Below, in pieces: positions 62,647 to 64,000 of a DNA stretch of 64,000 bases. Position 1 is the stretch's first letter, and the number at the start of each line of letters is the position of its first letter. The notes below the pieces were generated by a model, which ran no database searches, was not told the origin of the DNA, and worked only from the letters and a program-made list of their open reading frames with translations. Source of the stretch: Flavobacteriales bacterium (GTDB lineage: Bacteria > Bacteroidota > Bacteroidia > Flavobacteriales_C > GCA-002722245); the NCBI GenBank assembly GCA_049430665.1, contig JBMTCG010000002.1, positions 4,792 to 68,791 on the forward strand. Direction: 5' to 3'. A program made the translations under genes and the position numbers.

Positions 62647-62652
62647 TATCTA

Positions 62653-63999
62653 TTATTTACTCGTTAAAGTAACTACAGGTATTATCATCTCTTCCAACGA
62701 AATTCCACCATGCTGAAAAGTGTTTTTGTAATGCTTTGCATAGTGGTTGAAGTTGTTGGGATAAGCAAAGAAATCGGCGTTTTTACTTAAGATATACCTC
62801 GCGCTAATATGCGTTTTTGGTAAGAATACTTCTTCGGGTTTTGCGATCTCAAAGACTTCCTTCGGATTGTATTGCATTCCTTGTCCCTGCTTGTATCTCA
62901 AGTTCGTTGTAAGTTCTTTGGTGCCAACTACTTTCACTGGTTCCTTAACGCGCATGGTGCCATGGTCGGTACTAATTACAATCGTAGCTTTTTTTGCGCT
63001 TATTTTTTTAATCAATTCTAGCAATGGTGAGTGGTTAATCCACGAACGTATCAAGGAGCGATAAGCCGATTCATCTTCTGCCAATTCGCGCAATATTTTA
63101 ATATCTGTTCTCGCATGTGAAAGCGCATCTACAAAGTTGAAAACGATTACGTTTAAATCGTTGTTTTCAATTTGATTCATGTTATCCACCAAACGTTTGC
63201 TTTGGTCTAAATGCGCAATTTTATTGTAGCTCCATTTTATGTTTTGGTTGTTGCGTTTTAAAAATGCCGCAATAAATTCTTCTTCAAACTGATTTTTACT
63301 TCCATCTTCATCCTCATCTTTCCACATGGTTGGAAATAACTTCGCGATATCGCTAGGCATGATGCCTGCGAAGATTGAGTTTCTCGCAAACTGAGTAGCA
63401 GTTGGTAAAATTGAATAATAACATTGATCTTCTGTAACGCTTAAAAATTCACTAAATACTTCTTGCAACACTTTCCATTGGTCGTAACGCAAGCAGTCGA
63501 TTAATAAAAAATATACAGGCTGACCTTTACCCACATGTGGCAATACTTTTTGCTTGAAAAGGTTGTGCGACATTAATGGTGCTTCTTTTGGATTCTTAAA
63601 CCAATCCACGTAATTCTTCTCCACGAATTTTGCGAATTGCTGATTGGCTTCTGTTTTTTGCATGTCGAAAATTTCACTCATGCTTGGTTCTTTCGCCACA
63701 TCCAACTGCATATCCCAATACACCAATTCTTTATAAAATTCAATCCATTCTTGGTGATTCATTCTATCACCCAGGCGCATTCCTATCTTGCGAAATTCTT
63801 GCTGGTAATCGGTAACCGATTTTTCTCTCACCAACTTTTTCTCTTCCAAATTCTTTTTAATCGATAATAATATCTGGTTCGGATTTACAGGCTTGATAAG
63901 GTAATCGGAGATTTCACTACCTATGGCATTTTCCATAATCATCTCTTCTTCACTCTTCGTAATCATGATGACAGGAACCGATTTTTTAATTTTTTTGAT
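62653..63999 (-). CDS. porX: T9SS response regulator PorX (receiver plus PglZ/alkaline-phosphatase domain); 5' end outside the window
   Basis: PVIMITKSEEE..DYLIKPVNP receiver end; IDCLRYDQW, SILPTATQ.ARN, TDHG, FQHGG.SLEEM. Confidence 0.93.
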   Translation of the reverse strand: MKKIKKSVPVIMITKSEEEMIMENAIGSEISDYLIKPVNPNQILLSIKKNLEEKKLVREKSVTDYQQEFRKIGMRLGDRMNHQEWIEFYKELVYWDMQLDVAKEPSMSEIFDMQKTEANQQFAKFVEKNYVDWFKNPKEAPLMSHNLFKQKVLPHVGKGQPVYFLLIDCLRYDQWKVLQEVFSEFLSVTEDQCYYSILPTATQFARNSIFAGIMPSDIAKLFPTMWKDEDEDGSKNQFEEEFIAAFLKRNNQNIKWSYNKIAHLDQSKRLVDNMNQIENNDLNVIVFNFVDALSHARTDIKILRELAEDESAYRSLIRSWINHSPLLELIKKISAKKATIVISTDHGTMRVKEPVKVVGTKELTTNLRYKQGQGMQYNPKEVFEIAKPEEVFLPKTHISARYILSKNADFFAYPNNFNHYAKHYKNTFQHGGISLEEMIIPVVTLTSK

Positions 64000-64000
64000 G

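Overview
AT-rich chromosomal window from a Bacteroidota bacterium. The assignment rests on TAnnTTTG -7 promoter boxes, three type IX secretion (T9SS) cargo proteins, porX and the rplM-rpsI-rpsB-tsf-pyrH-frr cluster. It is mostly core genome: ahcY, a GGGPS/PcrB-family prenyltransferase, a TPP-riboswitch thi operon, a TetR-PaaI-fabF operon, lpdA, bshC, a small glycosylation cluster, tRNA-Leu(GAG), tRNA-fMet, corA, a beta-oxidation operon, purD, an acyl-CoA carboxylase beta subunit, translation genes and tsaE. I saw no CRISPR array, integrase, transposase or prophage. The most notable item is an unannotated 43-aa ORF (39639-39770, minus strand) with a lasso/RRE-type RiPP leader (MKKKWETPELLSL) and its own strand-matched terminator, but no maturase in the window. 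Also worth a second look: an alanine-dehydrogenase homologue lacking the catalytic Lys/His, an orphan SiaC-like protein lacking its phosphoacceptor Thr, four unrelated long palindromic intergenic elements, and several lesions (U32/ferredoxin frameshifts, an in-frame TAA in purD, an ATC start in TetR). The lesions may be real or assembly errors. Family assignments come from motif recognition, not database searches.
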